Assembly: GCA_964413735.1 (NCBI GenBank)
Contig: CAYPSS010000004.1
Location: forward strand, 39,538 to 103,537
Source of the DNA: an uncultured Gammaproteobacteria bacterium
GTDB taxonomy: Bacteria; Patescibacteriota; Patescibacteriia; UBA11705
Reading direction: 5' to 3'
Length of the DNA: 64,000 nucleotides
In this document: positions 37,044 through 47,831 of the stretch, in pieces
Numbering within the stretch: the first letter of the stretch is position 1
How the letters are laid out: each line of letters begins with the position of its first letter
Program-made: the position numbers and the translations under genes
Notes under the pieces: model-generated
What the model saw: only the letters and a program-made list of their open reading frames with translations
Told to the model about the DNA's origin: nothing
Databases searched by the model: none

Positions 37044-38291
37044 ATGTCAGAGACTCTAATAACCGGATTGGATATCGGATCGGCCAACATTCGAATTGTG
37101 GTCGGTCAGTTGGCCAAGAGCCAGGAAAACGAACAACTCAATATTATTGGGGTAATTGAAGTCCCGTCTCAAGGAATCAGCAAAGGTTCGGTGGTTAGTA
37201 TTGAGGATACAGTGTCGAGTATTTCTACGGCTTTGGAAAAAGCGGAACGCATGATTGGAATGAATATTGAAAATGTCTGGATGTCCATTGGCGGAACACA
37301 TATTGGATCCCAGGAAAGCAAAGGCGTGATTGCCATTACCAGAACTATGGGAGAGATCCAAGATGATGATATCGCCCGGGTGGTGGAGGCAGCGCGATCG
37401 GTGGCCGCCCCGGTTAATTATGAAGTTTTGCATGTTATCCCTAAATCTTTTTCCGTAGATGATCAAACCGGAGTAAAAGATCCGGTGGGAATGACTGGTA
37501 TTCGTTTGGAAGTGACCACTCAGGTAATCCGTGGTTTAAGTTCGCAAATTAAAAATTTAACTAAGTGTGTTTATCGTACCGGACTGGATATTAATGATTT
37601 GGTGTTATCAATGCTCGCCGGCGCGGAAACGGTCTTGTCGGTGCGACAAAAGGAATTGGGAGTGGCTTTGGTGGATATTGGTGCGGCGACGACAAATATT
37701 TTGGTTTTTGAAGAGGGAAATGTGATTCATGCCGCGGTTTTACCGCTTGGTTCAAATCATATTACCGCTGATTTGGCTTTGGGATTGCAAACTTCCGTGG
37801 AAGTGGCGGAAAGAGTCAAGTTAGAGTATGGTCATGCCAGTTTGGAAAAGGTGAATAAAGAGGAAACTGTTAATTTGCGTGAATTTGGTGGTGATGATCA
37901 ATCTTTTAGTAAAAAATATATTACGGAAATTATTACCGCGCGTGTGGAAGAAATTTTTGAAAAAGTGGATAATGAATTACAAAAAATTAATCGTTCTGGA
38001 TTGTTACCTGCCGGACTCGTCTTGGTTGGTGGTGGAGCAAAATTACCGGGTATGATTGAGGTGGCGAAAAAAAGAACTCTATTACCGGTGACCATCGGTG
38101 CGGTTCAAAGATTTAATACGGCGGTTGATAAAGTAAATGATATTACTTATGTTAATGCTTTGGGGTTGGTTTTATGGGGTTATCAAGCCATGAGTCAAAA
38201 TAGTAATAAAGTTAATTTGTCCGGTCGTTTGAATGGCGTGAAGGATATGGCGTCCGGAGCAATTAAATGGTTAAAGTCTTTAATATCATAA
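37044..38291 (+). CDS. ftsA: Cell division protein FtsA
   Basis: Actin-like ATPase with LITGLDIGSANIRIVVG and VDIGAATTNILVF. Start placed at the ATG at 37044 (MSETLITGLDIGS); the track ORF starts at 36957, which would add an implausible 29-aa leader. Confidence 0.85.
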   Translation: MSETLITGLDIGSANIRIVVGQLAKSQENEQLNIIGVIEVPSQGISKGSVVSIEDTVSSISTALEKAERMIGMNIENVWMSIGGTHIGSQESKGVIAITRTMGEIQDDDIARVVEAARSVAAPVNYEVLHVIPKSFSVDDQTGVKDPVGMTGIRLEVTTQVIRGLSSQIKNLTKCVYRTGLDINDLVLSMLAGAETVLSVRQKELGVALVDIGAATTNILVFEEGNVIHAAVLPLGSNHITADLALGLQTSVEVAERVKLEYGHASLEKVNKEETVNLREFGGDDQSFSKKYITEIITARVEEIFEKVDNELQKINRSGLLPAGLVLVGGGAKLPGMIEVAKKRTLLPVTIGAVQRFNTAVDKVNDITYVNALGLVLWGYQAMSQNSNKVNLSGRLNGVKDMASGAIKWLKSLIS

Positions 38292-38364
38292 TTAGTGTTA
38301 ATTATTAAACTCTAAAAATAGCGAGGGGGAGAGCTGTCAAATATAACAGTTTAAGATAATAATA

Positions 38365-39591
38365 TTGTATTATATGCCAGAAATAAAACCGGAGATTCAA
38401 ACTTTCGCTAAAATAAAAGTGGTTGGTGTTGGTGGTGGTGGTGGCGCGGCGGTCAATCGAATGATTGAAGCCGGAGTCAAAGGAGTGGAATTTGTTGCCA
38501 TTAATACTGATTTACAAGCTTTACAAAACAGTTTAGCTGATTATAAAATTCATATTGGTCGAACAACCACCAGAGGTTTGGGTGCGGGGATGGATCCTTC
38601 TTTGGGGCGAAAATCAGCCGAGGAATCACAAAATGAATTGCGGGAGATGTTAAAAGGCACTGATCTTTTGTTTATTACCTGCGGTTTGGGTGGTGGAAGC
38701 GGGACCGGTGCTTCACCGATTGTGGCGGAATTGGCCAAGGAAATGGGGATTTTAACCATTGCCGTGGTGACCAAACCATTTCAGTTTGAAGGTGGTCCGC
38801 GTCGTCGAATTGCCGAAGAAGGATTAAAGGATTTGAGCAGTAAAGTGGATACCATGATTACTATTCCCAATGATCGGATTTGGCAAATTATTGATAAAAA
38901 AACACCATTAATCGAAGCTTTTCGAGTTGTAGATGAAGTTTTACGTCAGGGAGTTCAAGGAATTTCCGAGTTAATTACTTTGCCGGGATTGATCAATGTG
39001 GACTTTGCTGATGTAAAGGCGATTATGCGTTCCAGTGGTTCAGCTTTGATGGGTATGGGTATTTCCAGTGGTGATAACCGTGCGGTCGAGGCGGCTAAGG
39101 CGGCGATTTCCAGTCCGCTATTGGAAATTTCCATTGAAGGAGCCAAGGGAATTTTGTTTACCATTGCCGGTGGTCCGAATTTAACCATGTATGAAGTTAG
39201 TGAAGCGGCAAAAATTATTACCGAGTCAACCGATTCGGATGCGAAAATTATTTTTGGTGCGGTGACCGATGAAAAATTAAAAGAAGAAATTAAAATTACA
39301 GTGGTGGCAACCGGATTTGATAATCGTGAAGTTAAAGAGAATTTATTGAAAATAAAACATGAACCGGTAAATTATTTTCAAGCGCCAATCAGACGAGAGG
39401 AACCGGAACCGGTTGTTGTTAATAATAGTTATGAAGAAGATCGAAAAACATCTAATCCTGTTAATCGATCGGTAAACGCTACCGGATTACCAAAAGTGGA
39501 TATTAATCAATCGGTGGTTTCTGATGAGGAAGCGACTATGGACCCTGATGATTTGGATATTCCGACTTTTTTACGTCGAAAAATGATGTAA
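38365..39591 (+). CDS. ftsZ: Cell division GTPase FtsZ
   Basis: 408 aa. Tubulin signature GGGTGSG (here GLGGGSGTGASP), T7 loop, C-terminal conserved peptide DIPTFLRR. Confidence 0.9.
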   Translation: MYYMPEIKPEIQTFAKIKVVGVGGGGGAAVNRMIEAGVKGVEFVAINTDLQALQNSLADYKIHIGRTTTRGLGAGMDPSLGRKSAEESQNELREMLKGTDLLFITCGLGGGSGTGASPIVAELAKEMGILTIAVVTKPFQFEGGPRRRIAEEGLKDLSSKVDTMITIPNDRIWQIIDKKTPLIEAFRVVDEVLRQGVQGISELITLPGLINVDFADVKAIMRSSGSALMGMGISSGDNRAVEAAKAAISSPLLEISIEGAKGILFTIAGGPNLTMYEVSEAAKIITESTDSDAKIIFGAVTDEKLKEEIKITVVATGFDNREVKENLLKIKHEPVNYFQAPIRREEPEPVVVNNSYEEDRKTSNPVNRSVNATGLPKVDINQSVVSDEEATMDPDDLDIPTFLRRKMM

Positions 39592-39692
39592 ATATATTAA
39601 TTAAATATAAAAACAGGGGTTTAAATGCCCCGGTTTTTATTTTATGTTTTATCCATATTTTATGGTATAATTTTAACATTAGATTAAATTAT

Positions 39693-40850
39693 ATGCTCGA
39701 ACTATTCTCCCAAAAATTAAAAGCCAACTTCACCCCTGAACAGCAGGATTATTACTTGCAATTGGAAAATGAATTAAAAGAACTTTTGGGCGGTCAAACG
39801 CAGGAGGAAGTACTTGCCAGTGGCGATCCGGAAATTATCCAACAAATTTTGAAGATCAAGCAAGAAATGCTTAATTTTGTGTTAACCAAGAAGACTAGGG
39901 AAATGGTTAGGCAGGAGGAAGCGATGAACCAAAGATTGTTAAAACAAAACGAAGAACAGCTGGAATATGAACAACAAATAGCAATCTTAGACAACATAGA
40001 AATAAAGCATAATGCCGGACAGCAATTAACAGAAAGTGAATTAAAGTTTTTGTATCGACTTGATGGTTTGGGATTGCCTTTTGATGTTAATGATAAAGAA
40101 CAAAAAAGGTTGGATTCTATTATTTTCAATCGTAATTTTAATCAGGAGGTAGCGAATCTTTTGGGTTGTCGAGAGGATCAGGTATGTCTTCTTCAAAATG
40201 AAGGTTTTGATAATGGAGATATGGTTTATCATCTTGGGGATATTGATCTACCAGATGTGACTCAAGTTGACGATCTTGTTTTGCCGAAAATAATTAATGG
40301 CGGAGTGTTTTTAAGAGATTTAATTTTTCCGGAAGGTTTACAATTACCTCAAACGGTGGTCGGACACTTGGATTTATTTCTATTGGCCAGTGTCGATGAT
40401 TTGAGTTTCCCTGATTTTGTGGCTGGTGATGTGAATTTAAGAAGTTTGCTTAAAGCCAAGGATTTACGTTTGCCTAAAGTAATTGGCATGGATGTTAATT
40501 TAAATGATTTGGAGGAAGTGGACAAGTTGATTTTTCCGGATCAGGTTCCAGGGAATGTTAATTTGTCAAAGTTAAAAAATTTCAAAAATTTAATTTTGCC
40601 ACGAAGTATTGGGGGTAATTTGGATTTAAGATCTTTGTCCAGTCCTGACGGATTGGTTTTACCACGGTTTATTGGTGGTAGTCTTGATTTGAGTGGATTA
40701 CAAACTTTGGAAGGATTGATTATCCCATTGGGAATTAAAAAAGTGGATTTAAGTCATTTTTCTGATGAAGAAATGGAAAAAATAAGAGAGAAATTCCCTC
40801 ATGTGGAATTTGCCAATTATCAAAATTCGTTTTCTTCAAGTATAATTTAA
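39693..40850 (+). CDS. LRR-like repeat protein, paralog A (conserved 75-aa N-domain + coiled coil + ~22-aa L-x-L-P-x-x-I-G-G-x-L-D-L repeats)
   Basis: 385 aa. N-terminal domain MLELFSQKLKANFTPEQQDYYLQLENELKELL... is about 90% nucleotide-identical to genes 47832 and 49030. About 10 degenerate repeats of the type LRLPKVIGMDVNLNDLEEVDKLIF; shared C-terminus EKIREKFPHV. Confidence 0.7.
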   Translation: MLELFSQKLKANFTPEQQDYYLQLENELKELLGGQTQEEVLASGDPEIIQQILKIKQEMLNFVLTKKTREMVRQEEAMNQRLLKQNEEQLEYEQQIAILDNIEIKHNAGQQLTESELKFLYRLDGLGLPFDVNDKEQKRLDSIIFNRNFNQEVANLLGCREDQVCLLQNEGFDNGDMVYHLGDIDLPDVTQVDDLVLPKIINGGVFLRDLIFPEGLQLPQTVVGHLDLFLLASVDDLSFPDFVAGDVNLRSLLKAKDLRLPKVIGMDVNLNDLEEVDKLIFPDQVPGNVNLSKLKNFKNLILPRSIGGNLDLRSLSSPDGLVLPRFIGGSLDLSGLQTLEGLIIPLGIKKVDLSHFSDEEMEKIREKFPHVEFANYQNSFSSSII

Positions 40851-40868
40851 ATTTACAATAATATCATT

Positions 40869-41882
40869 ATGAAAATGCAATTGAAAACCAGAGTTTTGAT
40901 TTTACTGCTGATTTTGGTTTTGGAAATTGCCATTTTAACGGTTTTATTAACTTTGAAAGATTATGGGGAAAATAATAAACCGATTATTGGCGTGACTTTT
41001 TCTAAGGTTTACGTGGAAAATGATTTGGGTTTGGATTGGCGACAAGCTTATTTGGCAATTTTGGATGATTTGCAAATCAAAAATATCAGAATTGCGGTAC
41101 CATGGAATAAAATTGCGCCAACCTTTGGTCAATATGAGTTTCAAGATTATGATTGGATGATGGAGATGGCCGATGAAAGAGGCGTTAAAGTGATTTTAGC
41201 TATTGGACATCGCACCCCACGGTGGCCGGAATGCCATACACCTGATTGGTTAAGAGATTTAACGACGGAAAAAGCGGACCTAGAACAACAACAAATGATT
41301 GCCGATGTAGTGACACATTTTAAAAAATATTCCGCTTTGTGGTGGTGGCAAATTGAAAATGAACCTTTTTTGGATTCATTTGGCGAATGTCCCCCCATGT
41401 CAATTGAACAATTAAAAAAAGAAATTGCCATTGTCAAAAGTTTGGATTCGCGTCCAATCCTGATTACCGATAGTGGTGAGTTAAGTTTTTGGTTCAAAAC
41501 CGGTCATTTGGGAGATAAGTTTGGTCATACTTTGTATCGGGAAGTTTATAATCAATATTTGGGATTTTTCCGTCATGTTTTCCCACCTTCATTTTATTGG
41601 TTAAAGGCGCGAATGGTAAATTTGGCGCCAAGTGATGTGATTGTAGCGGAGTTGCAAGCTGAACCTTGGGTACCCTATGGTTATAATTTAACTTTTGATT
41701 CTGATCAGTTGAAGAAAATGATGACCGCGGAAAAGTTATCCTCTAATTTTGAATTTGCTCGTCGAACCGGTGCACGGGAAATTTATTTTTGGGGGGTGGA
41801 GTGGTGGTATTGGTTAAAGGAAAAACAAAATGATCCATCGTTGTGGCAAGAAGCCAAAAAAATAATAAATCAATATAAATAA
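40869..41882 (+). CDS. Membrane-anchored glycoside hydrolase, clan GH-A-like (GH5/GH113-type)
   Basis: 337 aa. N-terminal TM helix; the WQIENEP motif is the conserved Asn-Glu-Pro acid/base catalytic triplet of clan GH-A TIM-barrel hydrolases; candidate nucleophile region AELQAEPW. Confidence 0.5.
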   Translation: MKMQLKTRVLILLLILVLEIAILTVLLTLKDYGENNKPIIGVTFSKVYVENDLGLDWRQAYLAILDDLQIKNIRIAVPWNKIAPTFGQYEFQDYDWMMEMADERGVKVILAIGHRTPRWPECHTPDWLRDLTTEKADLEQQQMIADVVTHFKKYSALWWWQIENEPFLDSFGECPPMSIEQLKKEIAIVKSLDSRPILITDSGELSFWFKTGHLGDKFGHTLYREVYNQYLGFFRHVFPPSFYWLKARMVNLAPSDVIVAELQAEPWVPYGYNLTFDSDQLKKMMTAEKLSSNFEFARRTGAREIYFWGVEWWYWLKEKQNDPSLWQEAKKIINQYK

Positions 41883-41884
41883 AT

Positions 41885-42436
41885 ATGAAAAAAATTATTT
41901 TGGTCATAATAATGATGGTTATGCTCGCGCCTTTTGTTGTTAATGCTCAAAGCGGATATTTTTTGCGCCCCGGTATTTTGCCGGATTCAAAGGTTTATTG
42001 GTTGGATTTGTGGGGCGAGGAAGTGAGATATTTTTTCACTTTTGGGGAAATAAATAAGGCGGATTACAAAATCAGGGTAGCCAAAGAACGACTAAGTGAA
42101 TTGAAACGACTTTACGAATTGGGTGTAACCAGCTACACTGATATGTTGCTGACAAAATATGAAAATGAAATTGAAATTGCCTTGGCGCTGTATGCTCAAG
42201 CCAAAATCGATTCAGCGGAAAAAATCAAGGAACTGCAAAATTATACGGAAGAGCAAATTATTTTAAATGAGGGTGATGTAAAAAATTATTTGATCAATAC
42301 TGTCCCTGATGAATATGATTCGGCGGTCAATCAAACTATGGGAGCGATCGGTTATGGCTTCCAGCAATTATTAATTCATTTGGAACAGAAAAACAAGGAA
42401 ATTCAACAGAAAAAAGCTGATTTGGGGGTTAAATAA
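41885..42436 (+). CDS. Hypothetical secreted coiled-coil protein
   Basis: 183 aa. Signal peptide ...FVVNAQS; alpha-helical, charged. Confidence 0.45.
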   Translation: MKKIILVIIMMVMLAPFVVNAQSGYFLRPGILPDSKVYWLDLWGEEVRYFFTFGEINKADYKIRVAKERLSELKRLYELGVTSYTDMLLTKYENEIEIALALYAQAKIDSAEKIKELQNYTEEQIILNEGDVKNYLINTVPDEYDSAVNQTMGAIGYGFQQLLIHLEQKNKEIQQKKADLGVK

Positions 42437-42494
42437 AATTTTCAATTGTAGTTAATTTTTGTTATAATGAAATATCAATATTCAATGATTTTAT

Positions 42495-45011
42495 ATGAAT
42501 TTTGAAACGCCCGTAGTTGGGCAAAAAAAATTGGAAGTGGCGGTGGCCAAAAATATTCCCCAAAAACATCAGAAATATTTGGAAAGAGCCAAGCAGTTTT
42601 TGGAACAACGCCAAGCGGTTTTGACTGATATTGCCGGTGATCGATCACTTCGTTATTCCATTGGTAAGGGTTTTTTTATAAATTTAGAGGAGGGGATTAT
42701 CAATGTTGATATTGGGTTTTGGGAAAAGCAAGAAAAATATGGTTGGAGCGATGAACAAATGTTTTGGGCGGTGTGTCATGAAATTGCGCATTTTTGGGAT
42801 TTACGGGAGGATCCGGAAGGGATGCTGGCTAACTTTGAATACATGAAACACAAAGGGATTGAAGTGGCGGAAGTGGTGGAACAAATTTTAAGGCGGAAAT
42901 ATCCCCAATTACCGGAATATTTAACGAAAAAAAAGCACAAGATCAGTAAACGTGATCCACGTCGGTATTCCGGCTTGGAAGTATTTATTATAAAACGATT
43001 TCGAGAATTTTATAATTGTTTGGATGATATTTATGTTAATAAAAGAGTCGGCCGAAAAGTTCTTCCGTTTTTAATTGAAGAAAGTAGTTTAAGTGATCTG
43101 CGCATCAGTTCGGTGGTGGAGGATTTGTATCGTGAACATTTATTTCCTGCTTCAGAAAAAAAGGATAAACCGGGTGAACGAATGGATTTTTATCATTTGG
43201 AAGATAGTGCCAAGCATACTCAGTTAATGTATTATTTATTACGCAAAAGAATGGTGCCTGACCAACCAATTATTGTGGATGATGAAGTTAAGGATATTTT
43301 ACAAAGCACTGATTTGGGTGGCGTGCCATTTGAGACATTTGTGGATTTGTTGGTAACGCCGGGTATTGCAGGTACAAAAAGTGATAGTCGGGCGGGAATC
43401 AGATATCAGAAAATTAGACAGTTTGTTGAACCGGTTTTTATCAAATTATTATTGCAAGATATGGAAAATGAAGAAATTCCTCCGGAATCAGAAACCAAAC
43501 CGGAGGGCGGTGCAGGTGGTGAAGGTGGTGATTCGAGTGGTGAACCTTCTGAACCGCAAGATTCAGATGATTCTTCAGGCGAGCCAGGTTCAAGTGATCA
43601 ATTGCCACAGCCCGATGGTAATAAATCGGAAAAAGATGATGATGAGGATGATGATGGAGAAGATGGCGATGAAGGTAAAGATGGCGATAAGGATAAAGAT
43701 AAAGATGGTAGTGGTGAAGGGAAAGATGGTGATAAAGATCAGGGCAAGGATAAAGATGGCGGTGATGGTAAAGAGGGCGATAAAGATCCCAAAGATGGGA
43801 AAGAACCAAAGAGTGGTAAAGAATCAAAGAGTGGTAAAGAATCATCTGACGGTAAAAAGAAAAAAACCAATCCATGGAAATCACCCGGGAGTAAAGAGCA
43901 ACAACAGATTAATGAAGATACGGTTCGTGATTTCCTTGATTCCAAAAGAAAAAAAGAAAGTCAAGAAAAACGAGACAAGAAAAAGGCCCGAAGACTTGAT
44001 ACCCCGCAAGCGCGTCAACGTGAAATGCTCGAAGTAGCGGATCAAGAATTTTCTCAAACGCATAATGTTCCGGTTGAGGCGATTAAAAAGTATCGTTCAA
44101 TTGCCAATGAAGTTTGGCCGTTTCAAATGGAAATGGCACAGGTTTTTGAATTAATCAGTCGAAAAATTCGCAGTCAAGTTTCCATGGTTTGGGATCGTTA
44201 TTATCATAGTGGTCGCTTGGATGTGCAAAAGTTTATTCGTAAGTACGGTCATTTCTTGCAAGAAGGAGCGGTGGACTTTATTCCGTTTGATGCGTTATCT
44301 TCTTATGAAAAAAAACAATTTTTGGAAAAACTGATCATTAAACCGGATGAATTTCGTTTGCGTTTGGTGATTGACAGTTCAGGGTCAACTAATGGTGCGG
44401 TGATGGAAACAATGTTGCGCGTGATTGTATTGTATTTGGAATCACTGGCAACTTTTGAAGACAAAATTACCCGAATGTTCAAGGAAGAATCGCTGACTAT
44501 TCCGCCCTTAAAAATTAACACGCAGTTGATTCAGTTTGGTGATACGGCCAAAGTTTTGAAGCCTTTGCATTTAACACGGGTTATTCCTCAGGCGCAAGAA
44601 CGAGCGGAACGAATTAACGGGGTTTATTCCATTGCTGTTGGTGGAAGTACTTATGATGATACGGCTTGGGCGGAGGTTTTGAGAACTCGTAACCCGGGTG
44701 ATGAGGAAAAGATCAAACAGGGTGATTTGTTGGATTTGGCGATTGAAATTACCGATGGTGCTTCATCTAATCCCGAAGGTACGGCGCAAATGGTGGATCA
44801 GGTGCATGAATCCGGAATTTTGGCGCGGGCGATTCAGATTAATTTAGGCGATGGCCCAGAGGCTCAAAATGCTCAACAAATATTTGAGGGCATTTGGGGG
44901 GAAGAGGGTGAAAGTATTCGTACTCTTAGTGATTTGGTGCCGGCTATGTATAATTTATTAAAACAAGCCATTGAGCAAATTGATTTTGTGGTGGAAATGG
45001 TGGATGAATAA
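42495..45011 (+). CDS. Zincin-like (HExxH) domain - acidic disordered linker - von Willebrand factor A (vWA, MIDAS) domain fusion protein
   Basis: 838 aa. N-terminal HEIAHFWD (HExxH). A 170-aa D/E/K/G low-complexity linker; frame-shifted ORFs inside it are artifacts. C-terminal vWA with MIDAS LVIDSSGSTNG (DxSxS) and ITDG motifs. Confidence 0.7.
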   Translation: MNFETPVVGQKKLEVAVAKNIPQKHQKYLERAKQFLEQRQAVLTDIAGDRSLRYSIGKGFFINLEEGIINVDIGFWEKQEKYGWSDEQMFWAVCHEIAHFWDLREDPEGMLANFEYMKHKGIEVAEVVEQILRRKYPQLPEYLTKKKHKISKRDPRRYSGLEVFIIKRFREFYNCLDDIYVNKRVGRKVLPFLIEESSLSDLRISSVVEDLYREHLFPASEKKDKPGERMDFYHLEDSAKHTQLMYYLLRKRMVPDQPIIVDDEVKDILQSTDLGGVPFETFVDLLVTPGIAGTKSDSRAGIRYQKIRQFVEPVFIKLLLQDMENEEIPPESETKPEGGAGGEGGDSSGEPSEPQDSDDSSGEPGSSDQLPQPDGNKSEKDDDEDDDGEDGDEGKDGDKDKDKDGSGEGKDGDKDQGKDKDGGDGKEGDKDPKDGKEPKSGKESKSGKESSDGKKKKTNPWKSPGSKEQQQINEDTVRDFLDSKRKKESQEKRDKKKARRLDTPQARQREMLEVADQEFSQTHNVPVEAIKKYRSIANEVWPFQMEMAQVFELISRKIRSQVSMVWDRYYHSGRLDVQKFIRKYGHFLQEGAVDFIPFDALSSYEKKQFLEKLIIKPDEFRLRLVIDSSGSTNGAVMETMLRVIVLYLESLATFEDKITRMFKEESLTIPPLKINTQLIQFGDTAKVLKPLHLTRVIPQAQERAERINGVYSIAVGGSTYDDTAWAEVLRTRNPGDEEKIKQGDLLDLAIEITDGASSNPEGTAQMVDQVHESGILARAIQINLGDGPEAQNAQQIFEGIWGEEGESIRTLSDLVPAMYNLLKQAIEQIDFVVEMVDE

Positions 45012-45039
45012 AATTAAATAAATAATTTAATATAACAAT

Positions 45040-47811
45040 ATGACAAAAGAGCAAATGCCTCGAAGAATTTATACCAAGGTTGAGGATCTATCAGCCCAAG
45101 AAAAATCAACTTTGGATTTACAAGAAAATGAAGTGAAAGAAATTTATCGTCGGCGAGAAGAACTTTTCACGCGTTGGCGTAATATTTCGAAATTTTTTCG
45201 AAAAAAAGTGGAACAACAAGTTAGAACCAAACTCGGCAAAGGAAAAAAATCCGAAAAAGCAGGAATGGAAATTATAGAAAGACCTTTGCGTTTAATGGGG
45301 CTTGATGAAATGGGGTTGGAGGCTATTATGGCTTGTGTTGATCGTGAAGCGGTTTTGAAAGATCAGCAAAAAAATAATCCGCATAGCCGTAATTGGGAAC
45401 AAGATGCGGATCGTTTTATTACTCGCAATTTAACCATGGATGTTAAAGGTATTTTACAGGATTTACGAGCTTTGAAACAAGGTGATGAAGATGCTGATTT
45501 TCATCCGGAGCGTTCGGCGGATTTTTATGAAGAAAACTTGCACGATTTACATGTTGCCCGAGAAAAATTGAAAAAATTTCAACAAGAATTGGATGCTTTG
45601 CTCTTGGATATTAATATGGCGAAAAAAGCCGGACAAAAGCGCTTGGTGAAAAGATTTGGTGAGGAGTATCATGAAAAAGAGCGAGAATATTTGGATTATA
45701 TTAGAACTGATCGACTAGCTTTTTTGGTTGTTCAAGCTAAGCGATTGCGACAAATGAAGGAAACTTTTGATAAAAATGGTCGCATTGTGGAAACCCCATA
45801 TGTTCAACAAATGATGGCGCGTATTGAAGATGTGATTGATGGTAATCGGCCGGTTTTTATTCATGGTGAATTGGGGAGCGGTAAAACCGCTTTGGCTAAA
45901 CATTTGTGTGTGTCTAGAATATCCAGTGAATATTTGGATCGTTGGGAGCAGGGTAATGAAGAGTTGGGCTTAAAACCGCATCCGCGACCGGTTCGTGGTT
46001 CTTTGTCGCGTTTGGAATATGAAAAACAAATGGAAGAATGGGAAAATCTGCGACGAAATGCAGCGGAACCGATTTTAATTTCCGGGCACAAAGAAATTGA
46101 AGTGGAAACATTTATTGGTGGGTTTAAGATTGAACGAATGAAAAAAATGACACCCCAAGAACAGGTGGAATTTATTAAGGAAGAAAAAAGAAAATACCAA
46201 GAAAAATATAAGACTGAATCTGATCCCGATCAATTAAAGAAAGATTTGCAATTATTGGAACGAAGTTTAATGCAGTCTTTTGATACGGCGGTGGAAACAA
46301 CCGCTTATTTGGGAAAGTTTTATCGGGCCATGTATGAAGGTCGTCCGATAATTATTGATGAAGTTAATGCGATCCCACACCATGTTTTGATTATGCTTAA
46401 TGAGTTGTTGACTCTAAAACCGGGGGATACGGTCAATCCGGCGGTGGATAATTTGCCGTCTTTCAAGGTGGCTAAAGGTTTTTCGGTGATATTGACCGGT
46501 AACTGGCGTCCGGGTAGTAATAAATTATATGTTGGCCGTCAACAAATGGACGCCGCCTTTTTGTCTCGTTTGGCGATTATTCCTTATGATTTCTTGCCTA
46601 ATGCCACTGATGCCAGTGCTTTTATCAATGAACCGACAACGCCGGAAGAAGAACAGGAGAGACGAGAGCAGTTGGCTGGTAATGAATTAACGCAAATGTT
46701 GGTTGTTCGTTTAATGGATAGTCCCGGATCCGGATTTGAAGCGCCGGAAGATGCTTTTCAGAAAATCAATCGTTTAGCGATTGTTGCTCGTGGTATAGAA
46801 AATGTTTTGTCCAAAAATGACGTGGATCGCGAATTTTTCCCGGCTAATGCCAATGTGACCACTAATCCTAAGGATATTTTAAGTGAAAACGTTTTGTCTT
46901 TGCGTCATTTGATTCCCATTATTGAAGAATGGCGAGCTAACGGTTATTCGCGTGATTTGGATGAATATTTATTTTTGCATTATGTTGAACGATCACAACA
47001 GCGGCCGGAAGAGTTTGCTTACCTATATGAAATTTTGCAACGCGTTGGTGGTTTTTTCCCAACTTCAAAAGGTTGGCCAACAGCCGGGGCGTCTGATCTT
47101 TTGAAATTACTTGAAGAATTTAATGTTTCTAAGAAAATGTATGGTGCGATGGAATCAGGCGATCGTCGACAATCAGCTTTGTCAGCCGTTGATACGGAAG
47201 TGGCTCCACTCAAACATTATTCCATGGTGGAGGTGGTGGAACAATTATTCGGTAAATTGCCGGAACGTAAACGCGTGGGGAAATTAATTAAGCCAATAAA
47301 ACCCGAAGAAGTGGAAATTGATCCTTTGGTAGAAGCTCAGCGGAGATTATTAGCCGAGCAAATAGCGGAAATCGATCGTAAACTCTTTGAAAATTTAGAG
47401 GGAGATAGAGAGGCTATTACCAAAAAAGATTTGGCTCAATTTCATAAATGTCGTGAAGATCAGGTGAGTTTAACAAAAGAAGAATTTTTGGCCGGAAGAG
47501 ATATTGTCTTTCATTATGGAAATCTTGATTTGGGAGAATTTGTTAATCCGGAAGGATTGATTTTACCAAGTCAAATTGCCGGTGATCTGGATTTAAGTGG
47601 TTTGCAAACCATCGAAGGTTTGAAATGGCCTGATAGCGTGATAGGAGTGGTGTACTTGAATAATATAACTTCGGCTAAGGGATTGTTTGAATTACCGGTG
47701 GGTATTCGAACTATAGTTTTTGGAAAAGATATGCCAGATTCAGAGATTGAAAAACTACAAAAACATTATTCCGAAGATCTTAAGAAAACTTTTAAAAAGG
47801 CTACAGCTTAA
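45040..47811 (+). CDS. MoxR-like AAA+ ATPase with N-terminal coiled-coil region and C-terminal LRR-like module shared with the adjacent paralog family
   Basis: 923 aa. Walker A HGELGSGKTALAKH; MoxR-type Walker B/box IIIDEVNAIPHHVLIMLNELL (cf. DEINRAPPKTQSALLEAMQE); sensor-1 VILTGN; Arg-finger-region FLSRL. The C-terminus CREDQVSLTKEEFLAGRDIVFHYGNLDLGEF... matches the LRR paralogs. Confidence 0.75.
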   Translation: MTKEQMPRRIYTKVEDLSAQEKSTLDLQENEVKEIYRRREELFTRWRNISKFFRKKVEQQVRTKLGKGKKSEKAGMEIIERPLRLMGLDEMGLEAIMACVDREAVLKDQQKNNPHSRNWEQDADRFITRNLTMDVKGILQDLRALKQGDEDADFHPERSADFYEENLHDLHVAREKLKKFQQELDALLLDINMAKKAGQKRLVKRFGEEYHEKEREYLDYIRTDRLAFLVVQAKRLRQMKETFDKNGRIVETPYVQQMMARIEDVIDGNRPVFIHGELGSGKTALAKHLCVSRISSEYLDRWEQGNEELGLKPHPRPVRGSLSRLEYEKQMEEWENLRRNAAEPILISGHKEIEVETFIGGFKIERMKKMTPQEQVEFIKEEKRKYQEKYKTESDPDQLKKDLQLLERSLMQSFDTAVETTAYLGKFYRAMYEGRPIIIDEVNAIPHHVLIMLNELLTLKPGDTVNPAVDNLPSFKVAKGFSVILTGNWRPGSNKLYVGRQQMDAAFLSRLAIIPYDFLPNATDASAFINEPTTPEEEQERREQLAGNELTQMLVVRLMDSPGSGFEAPEDAFQKINRLAIVARGIENVLSKNDVDREFFPANANVTTNPKDILSENVLSLRHLIPIIEEWRANGYSRDLDEYLFLHYVERSQQRPEEFAYLYEILQRVGGFFPTSKGWPTAGASDLLKLLEEFNVSKKMYGAMESGDRRQSALSAVDTEVAPLKHYSMVEVVEQLFGKLPERKRVGKLIKPIKPEEVEIDPLVEAQRRLLAEQIAEIDRKLFENLEGDREAITKKDLAQFHKCREDQVSLTKEEFLAGRDIVFHYGNLDLGEFVNPEGLILPSQIAGDLDLSGLQTIEGLKWPDSVIGVVYLNNITSAKGLFELPVGIRTIVFGKDMPDSEIEKLQKHYSEDLKKTFKKATA

Positions 47812-47831
47812 TATTTGATTTGTAGAATAAA

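Noticed and set aside
43366-44063. Track ORFs 43366..44037(+), 43441..43884(-), 43739..43945(-), 43881..44063(-)
   Set aside because: Frame-shifted readings of the GAT/GAA/AAA-rich low-complexity linker of the vWA protein; compositional artifacts.
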